Assembly (NCBI GenBank): GCA_965261975.1
Contig: CBDHEC010000003.1
Span: 1 to 64,000, forward strand
Direction: 5' to 3'
Source of the DNA: Alphaproteobacteria bacterium
GTDB taxonomy: Bacteria > Pseudomonadota > Alphaproteobacteria > UBA6615
DNA: 64,000 bases
The translations under genes and the position numbers were made by a program. The notes beneath the pieces are model-generated. The model ran no database searches. It saw only the letters and a list, made by a program, of their open reading frames with translations, and was not told the DNA's origin. How positions within the stretch are numbered: position 1 is the first letter of the stretch; each line of letters starts with the position of its first letter. Positions 11,372-22,300 of the stretch are shown piece by piece.

Positions 11372-12961
11372 CTATTTTTGCTTCTGAAGCAACTTGTAGA
11401 CGATGGCATCGTCGAGGGCTTCGTAAGCCGCATCGATGATGTTCGGCGAGATTCCCACCGTGCCCCAGCGCAACCCGGTATCGTCGGAAGATTCGATCAT
11501 CACCCGGGTCACCGCCGCGGTCGCCTGTTGCGGCGTGAGGATGCGAACCTTGAAGTCGACCAAGCGCATGGCCTCCAGCTCGGGATAGGCCGGGAGCAGC
11601 GATTTCCGCATGGCATCATCGAGCGCGTTGACCGGGCCGTTGCCTTCGGCCACCTGCATGGAATGGGTGTCCCCGACCTGCATCTTCACCACGGCCTGGC
11701 TGATCGTTGTCACATCGCCCTTGGCATTGAACCGCCGCTCGACCTCGGAGCGGAAGCTCTCGACCCGATAGAATTCCGGCACCTCGCCCAGGGCGCGCCG
11801 CGCGAGAAGCTCGAAGCTCGCCTCGGCACCGTCATAGGTATAACCCTCGAATTCCCGCGCCTTCACATCCTCGACCAGGCGGGAAATCCTCGGATCCTTG
11901 CTCTCAACCTCGATGCCTGCATCCGACAGACGCGAGAGAATGTTTGAACGCCCGGCCTGATCCGAGACCACGATATGGCGCGCATTGCCAACGCTTTCGG
12001 GATCGACATGCTCGTAGGTCGCCGGGTCCTTCTGGACCGCCGAGACATGCAACCCGCCCTTATGGGTGAACGCCGCCTCGCCCACATAGGGCGCGGTGCG
12101 GTCCGGCGCCCGGTTGAGCAATTCATCGAGCAGCCGTGAGATATGGGTCAGGCGCTGCAGGCCGTCGGCGTCCAGCCCGGTTTCATAGGCGCCATCATAT
12201 TTGAGCATCAGGTTGGGCAGCACCGTGACTAGGTTGGCGTTGCCGCAGCGCTCACCCAGCCCGTTCAAGGTGCCCTGAACATGGCGCACCCCCGCCTCGA
12301 CGGCGGCCAACGTGTTGGCGACGGCATTGCCGGTATCGTCATGTGTGTGAATGCCAACATGATCTCCGGGAATATGCGCCAACACTTCTGTGACGATCCG
12401 CGTGATCTCATGGGGCAAGGTGCCCCCGTTGGTGTCGCACAGCACGACCCAGCGCGCGCCCGCATCATGAGCCGCCTTGATGCACGCCAGCGCATATTCG
12501 GGGTTCGCCTTGTAGCCGTCGAAGAAATGCTCGGCGTCGAACAGAACCTCATCCTTGCGCGTGGCGGCATAGGCGACACTCTCGCCGATCATCGCGACAT
12601 TGTCGTCCCGCGGAATACCCAGCGCCAGGTCGACATGGAAATCCCAGGTCTTGCCGACCATGCAGATACTGTCGGCTGCGGTTGAAAGCAGGCCGTTGAT
12701 ACCCGGATCGTTGGCAGCGCTGTGATCGGGTCGCCGGGTCATGCCGAAGGCCGTGAAGCGGGCGTTTTTCAGGCCCGGTGAAGTCTCGAAGAAGGCGTCA
12801 TCGACCGGATTGGCCCCGGGCCAGCCGCCCTCCACATAATCGATCCCCACCTCGTCCAGCGCGCGTGCGATGGCGCGCTTGTCATCGACGGAGAAATCCA
12901 CGCCGCGGGTCTGCGCGCCGTCGCGCAGGGTCGTATCGAAGATGTGAATGCGTTCGGCCAT
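11372..12961 (-). CDS. cimA: Citramalate synthase
   Basis: DTTLRDGAQ, DAEHFFDG, CDTNGG, GERCGNA, HKGGLH, LeuA-type regulatory domain. Confidence 0.93.
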   Translation of the reverse strand: MAERIHIFDTTLRDGAQTRGVDFSVDDKRAIARALDEVGIDYVEGGWPGANPVDDAFFETSPGLKNARFTAFGMTRRPDHSAANDPGINGLLSTAADSICMVGKTWDFHVDLALGIPRDDNVAMIGESVAYAATRKDEVLFDAEHFFDGYKANPEYALACIKAAHDAGARWVVLCDTNGGTLPHEITRIVTEVLAHIPGDHVGIHTHDDTGNAVANTLAAVEAGVRHVQGTLNGLGERCGNANLVTVLPNLMLKYDGAYETGLDADGLQRLTHISRLLDELLNRAPDRTAPYVGEAAFTHKGGLHVSAVQKDPATYEHVDPESVGNARHIVVSDQAGRSNILSRLSDAGIEVESKDPRISRLVEDVKAREFEGYTYDGAEASFELLARRALGEVPEFYRVESFRSEVERRFNAKGDVTTISQAVVKMQVGDTHSMQVAEGNGPVNALDDAMRKSLLPAYPELEAMRLVDFKVRILTPQQATAAVTRVMIESSDDTGLRWGTVGISPNIIDAAYEALDDAIVYKLLQKQK

Positions 12962-12964
12962 CGA

Positions 12965-14356
12965 CTAGCCCTCGCGGCGCCAGGTGGTGCCGCCCGCGCC
13001 ATCCTCAAGCACGATGCCCTTGGCGGTGAGTTCGTCGCGGATCTCGTCTGCCCTGGCGAAATCCTTGTCGGCCCGCGCGGCGATGCGTTCGGCAATCAGC
13101 GCGTCGATCGCCGCATCGCCATCGCCCTGGAACCAGACGTCGGGATCGGCCTGCAGCAGGCCGAGAAGACGCCCTGCTGCCTTGAGTGAGCCCGTCGCCG
13201 CCAACACTTCTTCGGGGGACTCCGCTGCGAACGCGGCGTCGGCCTCGGCATGCAGGCCGGCGATGGCCAGGGGCGTGTTGAGGTCGTCATACACCGCATC
13301 CGAGACAGCGCTGGGCACCGCGTAAGGATGATCGCCTTCGGAAAGTCCGGCCTCAGACAGCGCGGCATCACGCAGCGCAAGCGCCCGGTAGAAGCGGTTC
13401 AGCTCCTGGCGCGCCTCGCGGACACCGTCCTTGGTGAAATCAAGCGGCTGGCGGTAGTGAGATTTCAGCAAGGCGAGACGCAGCGCCTCGCCGGGGAACT
13501 CGTCCAGCAGATCGGTGACGGTGTAGAAGTTACCCAGCGACTTGGACATCTTCTCGCCTTCGCTCATCAGGTAACCGTTATGCATCCAGTAGCGCGCGAA
13601 GCTCTCGTCCGGGTGCGCGCAGCGGGACTGGGCGATCTCGTTCTCATGGTGGGGAAACACCAGATCGACGCCGCCGCCATGGATATCGAAGGAACGGCCG
13701 AGATGTTCCTCGCTCATGGCCGAACATTCCAGATGCCAGCCCGGGCGTCCACGGCCCCAGGGGCTCTCCCATCCGGGTTGCTCCGCGCTCGAGGGCTTCC
13801 ACAAGACGAAATCGGCCGGATCTCGCTTGTAGGGCGCCACCTCGACCCGTGCGCCGGCGACCATCTCGTCCCGGTTGCGGCCCGAGAGCTGACCGTAGTC
13901 CGGCATCGCCGGGACATGGAACAGCACATGGCCTTCTGCGGCATAGGCATGCTCCGAGGCGATGAGCGTCTCCATGAGCGCGATCATCTGCGGGATGTGA
14001 TCGGTCGCGCGCGGCTCTACATCCGGTGTCGCGCAACCGACCGCCGCCGCGGCCGCGTGGAAATTTTCGGTGGTGCGCGTTGTCAGCGCGTCGATGTCTT
14101 CCCCATTCTCGGCCGCACGCTCGATGATCTTGTCATCCACATCGGTGATGTTGCGCACATAGGTGACGTTCGCGTCGCCATAGGCATCGCGCAACACCCG
14201 GGACAGCACGTCGAACACCACCAGCGGGCGCGCATTGCCGATATGGATATCGTCATAGACCGTCGGCCCGCACACATACATGCGGACATTGGCCGCATCG
14301 ATCGGCTTGAACGCCTCTTTCTGTCGCGTGTAGGTGTTGTGGAGATGAAGGGTCAT
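12965..14356 (-). CDS. cysS: Cysteinyl-tRNA synthetase
   Basis: [25 protein letters not shown]. Confidence 0.98.
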   Translation of the reverse strand: MTLHLHNTYTRQKEAFKPIDAANVRMYVCGPTVYDDIHIGNARPLVVFDVLSRVLRDAYGDANVTYVRNITDVDDKIIERAAENGEDIDALTTRTTENFHAAAAAVGCATPDVEPRATDHIPQMIALMETLIASEHAYAAEGHVLFHVPAMPDYGQLSGRNRDEMVAGARVEVAPYKRDPADFVLWKPSSAEQPGWESPWGRGRPGWHLECSAMSEEHLGRSFDIHGGGVDLVFPHHENEIAQSRCAHPDESFARYWMHNGYLMSEGEKMSKSLGNFYTVTDLLDEFPGEALRLALLKSHYRQPLDFTKDGVREARQELNRFYRALALRDAALSEAGLSEGDHPYAVPSAVSDAVYDDLNTPLAIAGLHAEADAAFAAESPEEVLAATGSLKAAGRLLGLLQADPDVWFQGDGDAAIDALIAERIAARADKDFARADEIRDELTAKGIVLEDGAGGTTWRREG

Positions 14357-14417
14357 CTTGGGTTCCCGGAATTGGATGCGGTGTGCGCGCGGATCATCCG
14401 CACGCTGACAGGGCCTG

Positions 14418-14471
14418 TCAGGCGGTAATTCGCCCGCCGGGGCAGCAACATCGATGGGAACAAATGATCAT
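14418..14471 (-). promoter_or_regulatory. Cys-rich leader peptide (uORF) upstream of cysS
   Basis: ATG..TGA encodes [17 protein letters not shown]; stop codon lies inside hairpin 14405-14421; sigma70-like promoter just upstream. Confidence 0.65.
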
Positions 14472-14480
14472 CACGCGCGG

Positions 14481-14509
14481 TGTATAACCCGCCCGGGAAA
14501 GCAAAGCAA
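14481..14509 (-). promoter_or_regulatory. Putative sigma70 promoter of cysS leader
   Basis: TTGCTT-N17-TATACA on the minus strand. Confidence 0.5.
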
Positions 14510-14524
14510 TTCAAAGACTTGCCT

Positions 14525-16189
14525 CTAGGCCTTGCCCCGGAAAGCGTTGGTGATCGGGTAGCGACGGTCGCGGCCGAAAGAGCGGCTGGTGAGCTTCACC
14601 CCCGGCGGCGCCTGGCGGCGCTTGTATTCAGACGGTTCCAGCAGGCGCCAGATGCGCTGCACGGTCGCCGGTTCGAAGCCCTTGGCCTCGAGTTCCGCCC
14701 CGCCCAGGTCTTCCTCGATCAGGCCGTGCAGGATGGCATCGAGTATCTCGTAAGGCGGTAGCGAATCCTCGTCCTTCTGGTCGGGACGCAGCTCGGCCGA
14801 CGGCGGCTTGGAGATCATCCGCGCCGGGATCACGGCGCCGGCCGGGCCCAGCACGCCGTCGGGATGATGTTCGTTGCGCCAGTGGCACAGCTTGAACACG
14901 TCGGTCTTGTAGACATCCTTGATGACCGAGTAGCCACCCGCCATATCGCCGTAGATCGTGGCATAGCCCACCGACATCTCCGACTTGTTACCGGTGGTCA
15001 CCAGCATGGCACCGGTGGTGTTGGAGATCGCCATTAGTGTCAGGCCGCGCGCACGGCTCTGGATGTTTTCCGCGGTGACGCCCTCGGCCGGCGCGTTGAA
15101 GGCCTCGGTCAGCATCTCGTCGAAGGCCGACATGGCCGGGCCGATGCCGACGCTGTCGTAACGGACACCCAGCTGCTCGGCGAGCTCGCGGGCATCCACC
15201 AAACTGTCTTCGCTGGTATAGGGCGACGGCATCATGACGCAATGCACCCGGTCGGCCCCCAGTGCGTCGACGGCGACAACCGCCGTGATCCCGGAATCGA
15301 TGCCGCCCGAAAGGCCAAGCACCACGCCGGGGAATCCGTTCTTGTTCACATAATCGCGCAAGCCCAGCACCATCGCCTGATACAGGCGCTCGCTGCCCTC
15401 GATCCATTCGGCCACATTCTCGGAAGCGCAGCTCCAGCCGTCTGACGTGCGGGTCCACTCGGTCAGGGTCAGGTCCTCGACGAACTGTTTCGAGGCGGCG
15501 ACCATCCGCCGGTCCGCGCCGAGCACGAACGAGCCACCGTCGAACACCAGCTCATCCTGTCCGCCGACCTGGTTCACATAAATCAGCGGCAGCTCCGTCT
15601 CGGTCACCCGCGCGACGGCGAAGTTCATCCGCACATCGACCTTGTCGCGCTCATAGGGGCTGCCATTGATCACCACGAGGATTTCGGCACCCGATTCCAT
15701 CAGGGTCTCGCAGACATCCGGAGTCCACATATCCTCGCAGACCGCGAGGCCCAGGCGCACGCCACGGAAATTCACCGGGCCGGGCAGTTCGCCCGCCTTG
15801 AAGATGCGTTTCTCGTCGAACACGCCGTAATTCGGCAGATCCCACTTGTAACGGACGGTCTGCACCTTGCCGTCATCGATCACGATCGCGGCGTTGTAGC
15901 GGTTGCCGTCATCATCGAACCAGGGCGCCCCGACGATCAGGCCCGGGCCGCCATCGGCAGTTTCAGCCGCCAGGGTTTCCACGGCTTCCATCGCGGCACG
16001 AACAAACGCGTTCTTCAGGATCAGGTCTTCCGGCGGATAACCCGTGACGCACAATTCGGTACCGATCACCAGCTCCGCGCCCTGCCCGGCTGCGGTCTGA
16101 CGCGCGGCACGTATCTTGTCGACGTTGCCGGCGATATCGCCGACAACCGGATTGAGCTGCGCCAGGGAAATTTTCAAACTGTCTGTCAT
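14525..16189 (-). CDS. nadE: Glutamine-dependent NAD+ synthetase
   Basis: Nitrilase-fold N-domain (LPNYGVFDEKR) plus GLSGGIDS, GNKSE, PSAELR. Confidence 0.96.
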   Translation of the reverse strand: MTDSLKISLAQLNPVVGDIAGNVDKIRAARQTAAGQGAELVIGTELCVTGYPPEDLILKNAFVRAAMEAVETLAAETADGGPGLIVGAPWFDDDGNRYNAAIVIDDGKVQTVRYKWDLPNYGVFDEKRIFKAGELPGPVNFRGVRLGLAVCEDMWTPDVCETLMESGAEILVVINGSPYERDKVDVRMNFAVARVTETELPLIYVNQVGGQDELVFDGGSFVLGADRRMVAASKQFVEDLTLTEWTRTSDGWSCASENVAEWIEGSERLYQAMVLGLRDYVNKNGFPGVVLGLSGGIDSGITAVVAVDALGADRVHCVMMPSPYTSEDSLVDARELAEQLGVRYDSVGIGPAMSAFDEMLTEAFNAPAEGVTAENIQSRARGLTLMAISNTTGAMLVTTGNKSEMSVGYATIYGDMAGGYSVIKDVYKTDVFKLCHWRNEHHPDGVLGPAGAVIPARMISKPPSAELRPDQKDEDSLPPYEILDAILHGLIEEDLGGAELEAKGFEPATVQRIWRLLEPSEYKRRQAPPGVKLTSRSFGRDRRYPITNAFRGKA

Positions 16190-16267
16190 GGTCGAGAGCC
16201 GGGACGGGGTGAAACGCGGCGGACGGTATGCACCGCACCAGGATGTGTCAACGCGCTGTGTATGAGA

Positions 16268-16591
16268 TCAATCGCGATATTCGAAGAGGATATCCTTCGC
16301 CATCCCGTCGAGCTTGTTCGTGGTGAGTACACGCCCGATATGTTTGCTGCGGAAACTGGCCTGCATGATTTCCTGCTCCGTCAGCCCGACCCGGGCGACG
16401 AGATGCAGAATCGAACGCTGTCCCTTGTCCTCGCCTGCATCGCGTTCGGCCTTGAGATAGGCCTCGAGCCGCCGCTGCTTGGCGCTGCGTTCCAACACAA
16501 ACCAGATCGAGCCCACAACGGCGACCAAAGCCGTCAGTATCGCGGCAATATTGGCGAGAAAACCGAGCCAATCCGTGGGATCGTCCATCAC
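16268..16591 (-). CDS. Small hypothetical membrane protein
   Basis: One N-terminal TM helix; closely spaced between pncB and nadE. Confidence 0.55.
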   Translation of the reverse strand: MMDDPTDWLGFLANIAAILTALVAVVGSIWFVLERSAKQRRLEAYLKAERDAGEDKGQRSILHLVARVGLTEQEIMQASFRSKHIGRVLTTNKLDGMAKDILFEYRD

Positions 16592-16597
16592 GCGGAC

Positions 16598-17800
16598 CTA
16601 CCGGCGCAACAGGAACTCGCGGCCGACCTTGACCCGCTTGGTACCGCCATACTCGACGATATCCGACGTGGCATAAGTCTCCTGCCAGTCGCCGGGCAGG
16701 AAGGAACCGGTGCCAATGGCGTCGATCGGCACGTCGGCGGCTGCCATCACCTTGCATTTTTCAGGCCCGAAGCCGGACGACGCCACGATCTTCGCCCCTT
16801 CGAAACCGCCCTCGTCGAGCCGCTCGCGCAGGTGCCAGATCGCCGCGGCAGACACGCCGCCACCGATCAGGTGGCGCAGTTCGCCCTCGGTGCGGTAGCC
16901 GCGGATCGCATCCGGCGCGTGGCGTTCGAGCACGGCGTAGCTCTGTGACGGGTCGATGCCCTCGATATAGCGGCCGCCCGGTGTGTCGAGCCTTACGGAC
17001 AAGCGGCCCTCGCGCACCAGTTCGGGGAAGCGACGGCACACTTCGAGGCTGTCGGTAACCTCGCGCCCGAAATAATCGACAAGCACGGTCAGCGGTTCGT
17101 CGGGATGGGTTTCCTGGAACATTTCGGCCGCGCGCACGGTCGACCCGGCATAGCCGATCAACGCGTGGGGCATGGTACCGAGACCCCGTTCCTGGTCGAA
17201 GAAATGCGCCGTCGCGTCCGTCGCGTTGCCGACAAACCCGATCGCGCCCACCTTGCGGATGGCCCGGCCCGACCCGACCGAAGCCGCATAAGCCATCATC
17301 TCGGCCATGTCGGGCCCCGTGCAATGACGCGCGTCGAAGGCCATGAAGGAAACATTCGGCAGATCGACGCACATGGCCGCGGCGTTGTAGGCGGCGACAC
17401 AGGCCGCGCCGAGTTTCTGCAGATACAGGGTCTCAAGATCGACCAGATCGTGGAATGAACCGGAGATATAAAGCAGCGGCTCACCCGCACCGACCCAGCG
17501 GCCTTCCTCGAAACGCAGATCGATGTCGAAGCTGGCGTTCCGCGCTTGCGCGACCGCATTGAGCCAATCCAGCGCCAGGCGCGGCGCGGAGATCACCGGC
17601 CGTCGCATGAACACGGCATAGGTGACCTTGGTGTCCCCGAACTTGCCGACGATCGCGCGGGTCTTGTTGAAGTATGTATCGGTGAGCCCGGCTATCTCGT
17701 CGATGCGCGGATGCGGGGCTGCAACAGAATCTGTCGCAGGCTCGGATTCCGCGGTCGGCATATCGGTGGTTTTCGCGTCACTGGACTTTACGGTGCCCAT
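16598..17800 (-). CDS. pncB: Nicotinate phosphoribosyltransferase-like protein
   Basis: TDTYF, GTMPHALI, VRLDT and SSGF motifs; clustered with nadE. Confidence 0.82.
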   Translation of the reverse strand: MGTVKSSDAKTTDMPTAESEPATDSVAAPHPRIDEIAGLTDTYFNKTRAIVGKFGDTKVTYAVFMRRPVISAPRLALDWLNAVAQARNASFDIDLRFEEGRWVGAGEPLLYISGSFHDLVDLETLYLQKLGAACVAAYNAAAMCVDLPNVSFMAFDARHCTGPDMAEMMAYAASVGSGRAIRKVGAIGFVGNATDATAHFFDQERGLGTMPHALIGYAGSTVRAAEMFQETHPDEPLTVLVDYFGREVTDSLEVCRRFPELVREGRLSVRLDTPGGRYIEGIDPSQSYAVLERHAPDAIRGYRTEGELRHLIGGGVSAAAIWHLRERLDEGGFEGAKIVASSGFGPEKCKVMAAADVPIDAIGTGSFLPGDWQETYATSDIVEYGGTKRVKVGREFLLRR

Positions 17801-17899
17801 ATCGTCCCCGCTGTTCGTCCCCGGATATCAGGAACGCAGTTTGGCGCGTGCCGGCGAATTACGAAAGCCCGCGATTGGGCACCCGCCAAAAACCGTTGC

Positions 17900-19294
17900 T
17901 TAGCCGGCCGCCGCGACACGATCCGTTTTTTCCGCTGCCGTCAGGTCGCGCTGGCGTTTCAGCCGTTCGGCGATCTGGAAGGCCAGTTCAATCGACTGGC
18001 TGGCGTTGAGACGCGGGTCGCAATGGGTGTGATAACGGTCGCTCAGGCCCTCTTCGGTGATTTCCTGGGCACCGCCGATGCATTCGGTCACGTCCTGGCC
18101 GGTCATCTCGAAATGCACGCCACCGGCATGGGTCCCCTCGGCACGGTGCACCGAGAAGAAGGTGTCCACCTCCGACAGGATCGCATCGAAGGCGCGGGTC
18201 TTGTAGCCGCTCGACGACGACACGGTGTTGCCGTGCATGGGATCGCAGGACCACACGACATTCTTGCCTTCGCTCGCGACTGCACGCACGAGGCCCGGCA
18301 GATGTTCCTCGGCCTTCTCCGCGCCCATCCGGCAAATCAGCGTCAGCCGGCCGGGATCGTTCTCCGGGTTCAGGATATCGGTGAGCCGCAGCAGATCGTC
18401 GATGTCGATCGACGGACCGCATTTCAGGCCCAGCGGATTCTCGACGCCGGAGAGATACTCGACATGAGCGCCGTCGGGCTGGCGCGTCCGGTCACCGATC
18501 CACAGCATATGCGCCGAGGTGTCGTACCATTTGCCGGTCAGGCTGTCCTGGCGCGTCAATGCCTGCTCATAGACGAGCAGCAGCGCTTCGTGACTCGTGT
18601 AGAAGTCCGTTTCCGCCATCTGCGGGACGTTGTCGCTGGTCAGGCCGCAGGCAGCCATGAAGGCCAGGGTCTCGTCGATGCGGGCGCCGAGCTCTTCGAA
18701 CTTCGCACCCTGGGGGCTCGATTTCACGAAATCCAGATTCCAGCGATGCACCTGGTTCAGATCCGCGAACCCGCCCTGGGCGAACGCGCGCAGCAGGTTC
18801 AGGGTCGACGCCGCCTGGTTGTAGGCACGCAGCATACGCTCGGGATCGGGCTCGCGCGTCTCGGCACTGAACGTCATGTCGTTGATGATGTCGCCGCGAT
18901 AGCTCGGCAGCGTGACGCCATCGACCTCCTCCGTTCCCGAGGAGCGCGGTTTGGCGAACTGGCCGGCCATGCGCCCGACCTTCACCACCGGACAGGCTGC
19001 GCCATAGGTCAGCACGACCGCCATCTGCAGCAGCACCTTGAAGGTGTCGCGGATGTTGTCGGCGTGGAATTCGGCGAAGCTTTCCGCACAGTCGCCGCCC
19101 TGGAGCAGAAATGCCTGCCCCTCGGCCACCTTGCCCAGCTGCGCACGCAGCGCGCGGGCCTCGCCGGCAAACACCAGCGGGGGCTGTTTACGAAGGGTTT
19201 CCTCGACACGAGCCAACGCGTCCGCATCCCCATATTCGGGGACCTGCAGAATATCGCGGCTGCGCCAGCTTTCAGGCTGCCAGTTCTTCGACAT
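17900..19294 (-). CDS. Class II DAHP synthase
   Basis: [38 protein letters not shown]. Confidence 0.96.
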   Translation of the reverse strand: MSKNWQPESWRSRDILQVPEYGDADALARVEETLRKQPPLVFAGEARALRAQLGKVAEGQAFLLQGGDCAESFAEFHADNIRDTFKVLLQMAVVLTYGAACPVVKVGRMAGQFAKPRSSGTEEVDGVTLPSYRGDIINDMTFSAETREPDPERMLRAYNQAASTLNLLRAFAQGGFADLNQVHRWNLDFVKSSPQGAKFEELGARIDETLAFMAACGLTSDNVPQMAETDFYTSHEALLLVYEQALTRQDSLTGKWYDTSAHMLWIGDRTRQPDGAHVEYLSGVENPLGLKCGPSIDIDDLLRLTDILNPENDPGRLTLICRMGAEKAEEHLPGLVRAVASEGKNVVWSCDPMHGNTVSSSSGYKTRAFDAILSEVDTFFSVHRAEGTHAGGVHFEMTGQDVTECIGGAQEITEEGLSDRYHTHCDPRLNASQSIELAFQIAERLKRQRDLTAAEKTDRVAAAG

Positions 19295-19461
19295 TTCGCT
19301 ATCCGGCCCGGCGCCGTGAAACGTCCGGTCCGTCCATCTTCTTGTTCTACCAGGTCGCGCTAGTGCGCGGGGCCATGCCTATAGGCCGTCAGAGGCACGA
19401 AGGCCAGCAAAAATCGCACGAATTCAACGCGCTACCCACGCGCCACCTGCCGGTGGGCCGC

Positions 19462-20826
19462 CTATTCAGCAGCTTCGGCCACCGGCTCGCGCATGGTAAC
19501 GAATTCCTCGGCCGACGTCGGGTGGATACCAATCGTGGAATCGAACACCGCCTTGGTCGCGCCCGCCTTCAGGGCGATACCGATACCCTGGATGATCTCA
19601 CCGGAATCCGGGCCGACCATATGCACCCCGACGACAAGGTCGCTCTTCTTGTCGACAATCATCTTCATCAGGGTCTGTTCGGCGCGGCCCGAGAGCGTGT
19701 TCTTGAGCGCCCGGAAGCTGCTCCTGAAGATCGACACATCACCATATTCGGCGCGGGCCTCGGCCTCGGTCAGGCCGACCGTGCCGATCGGCGGCTGGCT
19801 GAACACGGCGGTCGGGATGTTGTCGTAGTTCACCGTCGTCGGCGTGTCGTTGTATAGCGTCTTGGCCAGCGCGGTTCCCTCGGCGAGCGCTACCGGCGTG
19901 AGCTGGAAGCGGTCAATAATATCGCCGATCGCATAGATCGAGGGGACCGAGGTCTGGAAATGATCGTCCACCACCACCGCGCCGTTCTCCTTGAGGTCAA
20001 CGCCGGCTTCTTCGAGGCCGAGCCCGGTCACCTTGGGTTTGCGACCGATAGCCGACATCACGCAATCGGTGTCGATCGCGCTGCCGTCGGACAGATGCAC
20101 GCGGTACCCTGCGTCGGTTTTCTCAACCTTCTCGAAGGTCGTGTTGAACTGCAGGTTAATGCCCTGGGCCTCCATCTCCGCCTTCAGATGGGCGCGGATG
20201 TCATCGTCGAAGCCGCGCATGAACATCTCGCCGCGATAGACAAGCGTCACCTCGGCCCCCAGACCATTGAAGATGCCGGCGAACTCGACGGCGATATATC
20301 CGCCGCCCTCGATCACCACATGCTGGGGAAACTCGTCGAGATAGAAGGCCTCGTTCGAGGTGATGACATGCTCGCCGCCCTCATAGGCCTGATCCGTCGG
20401 CCAGCTGCCGGCGGCCACCAGAATGCGCTCGGCGGTGTAGGTCTCGTCGCCGACCGCCACGGTGTGAGCATCGACGACCGTCGCGCGGCCGTTGATGACC
20501 GTGCAGCCGGAGTTCTCGAGCAGCCGCTGATAGATACCATTCAGCCGCGAGATTTCCTTGTCCTTGTTCTCCACCAGGGTGCGCCAGTTGTGGGCGCGCG
20601 GGCCGACGGTCCAGCCGAAACCGGCCGCGTCGTCGAAATCCTCATGATAGTGGGCGGCATAGACGAAGAGTTTCTTCGGGATACAGCCGACATTCACGCA
20701 TGTGCCGCCCATATGCAGGTCTTCCGCAACCGCGACGTTTGCGCCGAAACCGGCAGAAAAACGCGCCGCGCGGACGCCGCCGGAACCGGCACCAATGACA
20801 AAAAGGTCGTAATCGAAATCGCTCAC
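19462..20826 (-). CDS. gor: Glutathione reductase
   Basis: GAGSGG, GGTCVNVGCIP, HPTSAEE; GTG start. Confidence 0.95.
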   Translation of the reverse strand: MSDFDYDLFVIGAGSGGVRAARFSAGFGANVAVAEDLHMGGTCVNVGCIPKKLFVYAAHYHEDFDDAAGFGWTVGPRAHNWRTLVENKDKEISRLNGIYQRLLENSGCTVINGRATVVDAHTVAVGDETYTAERILVAAGSWPTDQAYEGGEHVITSNEAFYLDEFPQHVVIEGGGYIAVEFAGIFNGLGAEVTLVYRGEMFMRGFDDDIRAHLKAEMEAQGINLQFNTTFEKVEKTDAGYRVHLSDGSAIDTDCVMSAIGRKPKVTGLGLEEAGVDLKENGAVVVDDHFQTSVPSIYAIGDIIDRFQLTPVALAEGTALAKTLYNDTPTTVNYDNIPTAVFSQPPIGTVGLTEAEARAEYGDVSIFRSSFRALKNTLSGRAEQTLMKMIVDKKSDLVVGVHMVGPDSGEIIQGIGIALKAGATKAVFDSTIGIHPTSAEEFVTMREPVAEAAE

Positions 20827-20949
20827 GGGGCTTCTCTCTTCAATATATGTGCACACGTTACTTAGCGTGGGCCTGCACAAAAGCAAACGCCCGAACGGTC
20901 ACATCAGTTTGCGCGGAATGGCGGCATAGTTGCTTCGTGCGCGCGTTAC

Positions 20950-21339
20950 CTAGTCGGTGGCGACATCCGTGCCAGCCCCTCTCAGCGGATCGGATCCGAA
21001 CCGGTTGTCACCGTCCGACCCCTTCCCGACGAACCAGACGATAAGAATGATCGTGCCGATCAGCGGGATAAAAAACAGCAACAACCACCAGCCCGACTTG
21101 TCGAGATCGTGCAACCGGCGCGCGGAAACCGCGATGTTCGGCAACAGGACCACGAGGCTGAAAATATTGCCGATGACGGCAAACTGAAACCCGAACCCCA
21201 CGGCCGGAAGCAGCAGCGCCAGACCGAAGCTCACGCCATACACGAATAGCGTCCAGAACCAGAATTCGGACCGGCACGCGCGACCCGAGAATCCGACATA
21301 GTTCCGAAACCCCGACGATACAGCTTGACCAAAATTCAT
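20950..21339 (-). CDS. DUF805 family membrane protein
   Basis: FSGRA.RSEFW...RRLHDLDKSGW...NRFG. Confidence 0.92.
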   Translation of the reverse strand: MNFGQAVSSGFRNYVGFSGRACRSEFWFWTLFVYGVSFGLALLLPAVGFGFQFAVIGNIFSLVVLLPNIAVSARRLHDLDKSGWWLLLFFIPLIGTIILIVWFVGKGSDGDNRFGSDPLRGAGTDVATD

Positions 21340-21385
21340 CGCGCCCTCCCATCTCTCATTTGAGCCCGAAATAGCCTATACCGAT

Positions 21386-22261
21386 ATGGCATCCAGCACG
21401 AAGCGGCCTGTCGGACGCGGACCGTCAGCCCGGGACCCCAGCAACTTGACCGAAATCATCGCCATCTACCTCGCCGCGGGCGTGTTCTCCGGCTTCGTTT
21501 CCGGCCTTTTCGGGGTCGGCGGGGCGTTTGCGCTGGCGCCGGCCCTGATCATTACGCTCACGATCCAGGGCGTCGCCGAAGTCCACGTCATGCATCTGAC
21601 GATCGCGACCTCGCTGGCGACCCAGGTCATCACGGCGATCCTGACGACCTATCTCCGTCACCGGGCGGGCGACCTGCTGCTTCCCCTGATCTGGCGGCTC
21701 GCGCCCTTCGTGGCCGTCGGCGCGCTGATCGGCGCAGCCATCGGCGACGCCCTGCCCGGCATCGTGCTCAAGATCATGTTCATCGGCTTCGTCGCGATGT
21801 CGATTGCACGCGCGCTGATCTTGCAGCACCGACGGATCGTGGCCGGCACCAACCGCGACCCATCGGTCGCGCGCGGCCCCGCCGTCTGGTTCTTCGCCAC
21901 ATTGTCGGGGATGTCGGGTGGTGTGTTGGGCCCGGGTCCCGCGATTCTGCTCGCCCCGCAACTGCGCCGCCTCGACTTCGCCATGCCGGTAATCGCGGCG
22001 GCCAACGCCTTCCTCGCGGGGCTGGTCGGCGTCATGGCGGTCGGCGGGTACATCGTCGGAGGCTTCAACGAGATCGGCCTGCCTGCCCACAGTCTCGGCT
22101 ATCTATATCTTCCCGGCTTTGCCGCCCTGACCCTGGGGGCGTTGGCAGGTTCACCCCTGGGCATCCGTTTTTCCCACCGGGTCCAGGATCGCACCCAGGC
22201 CTGGCTGTTCATCGGTTACCTGTCGGTGGTGCTGGTGATCATGCTCTATCATACTGTCTGA
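21386..22261 (+). CDS. TauE/SafE family sulfite exporter (paralog 1; start uncertain)
   Basis: SGLFGVGG, ATSLA, SLGYLYLP motifs. Confidence 0.85.
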   Translation: MASSTKRPVGRGPSARDPSNLTEIIAIYLAAGVFSGFVSGLFGVGGAFALAPALIITLTIQGVAEVHVMHLTIATSLATQVITAILTTYLRHRAGDLLLPLIWRLAPFVAVGALIGAAIGDALPGIVLKIMFIGFVAMSIARALILQHRRIVAGTNRDPSVARGPAVWFFATLSGMSGGVLGPGPAILLAPQLRRLDFAMPVIAAANAFLAGLVGVMAVGGYIVGGFNEIGLPAHSLGYLYLPGFAALTLGALAGSPLGIRFSHRVQDRTQAWLFIGYLSVVLVIMLYHTV

Positions 22262-22300
22262 CAGAACGCCTGATCCCACCCCGGCCGGCCTGGCAACAAC

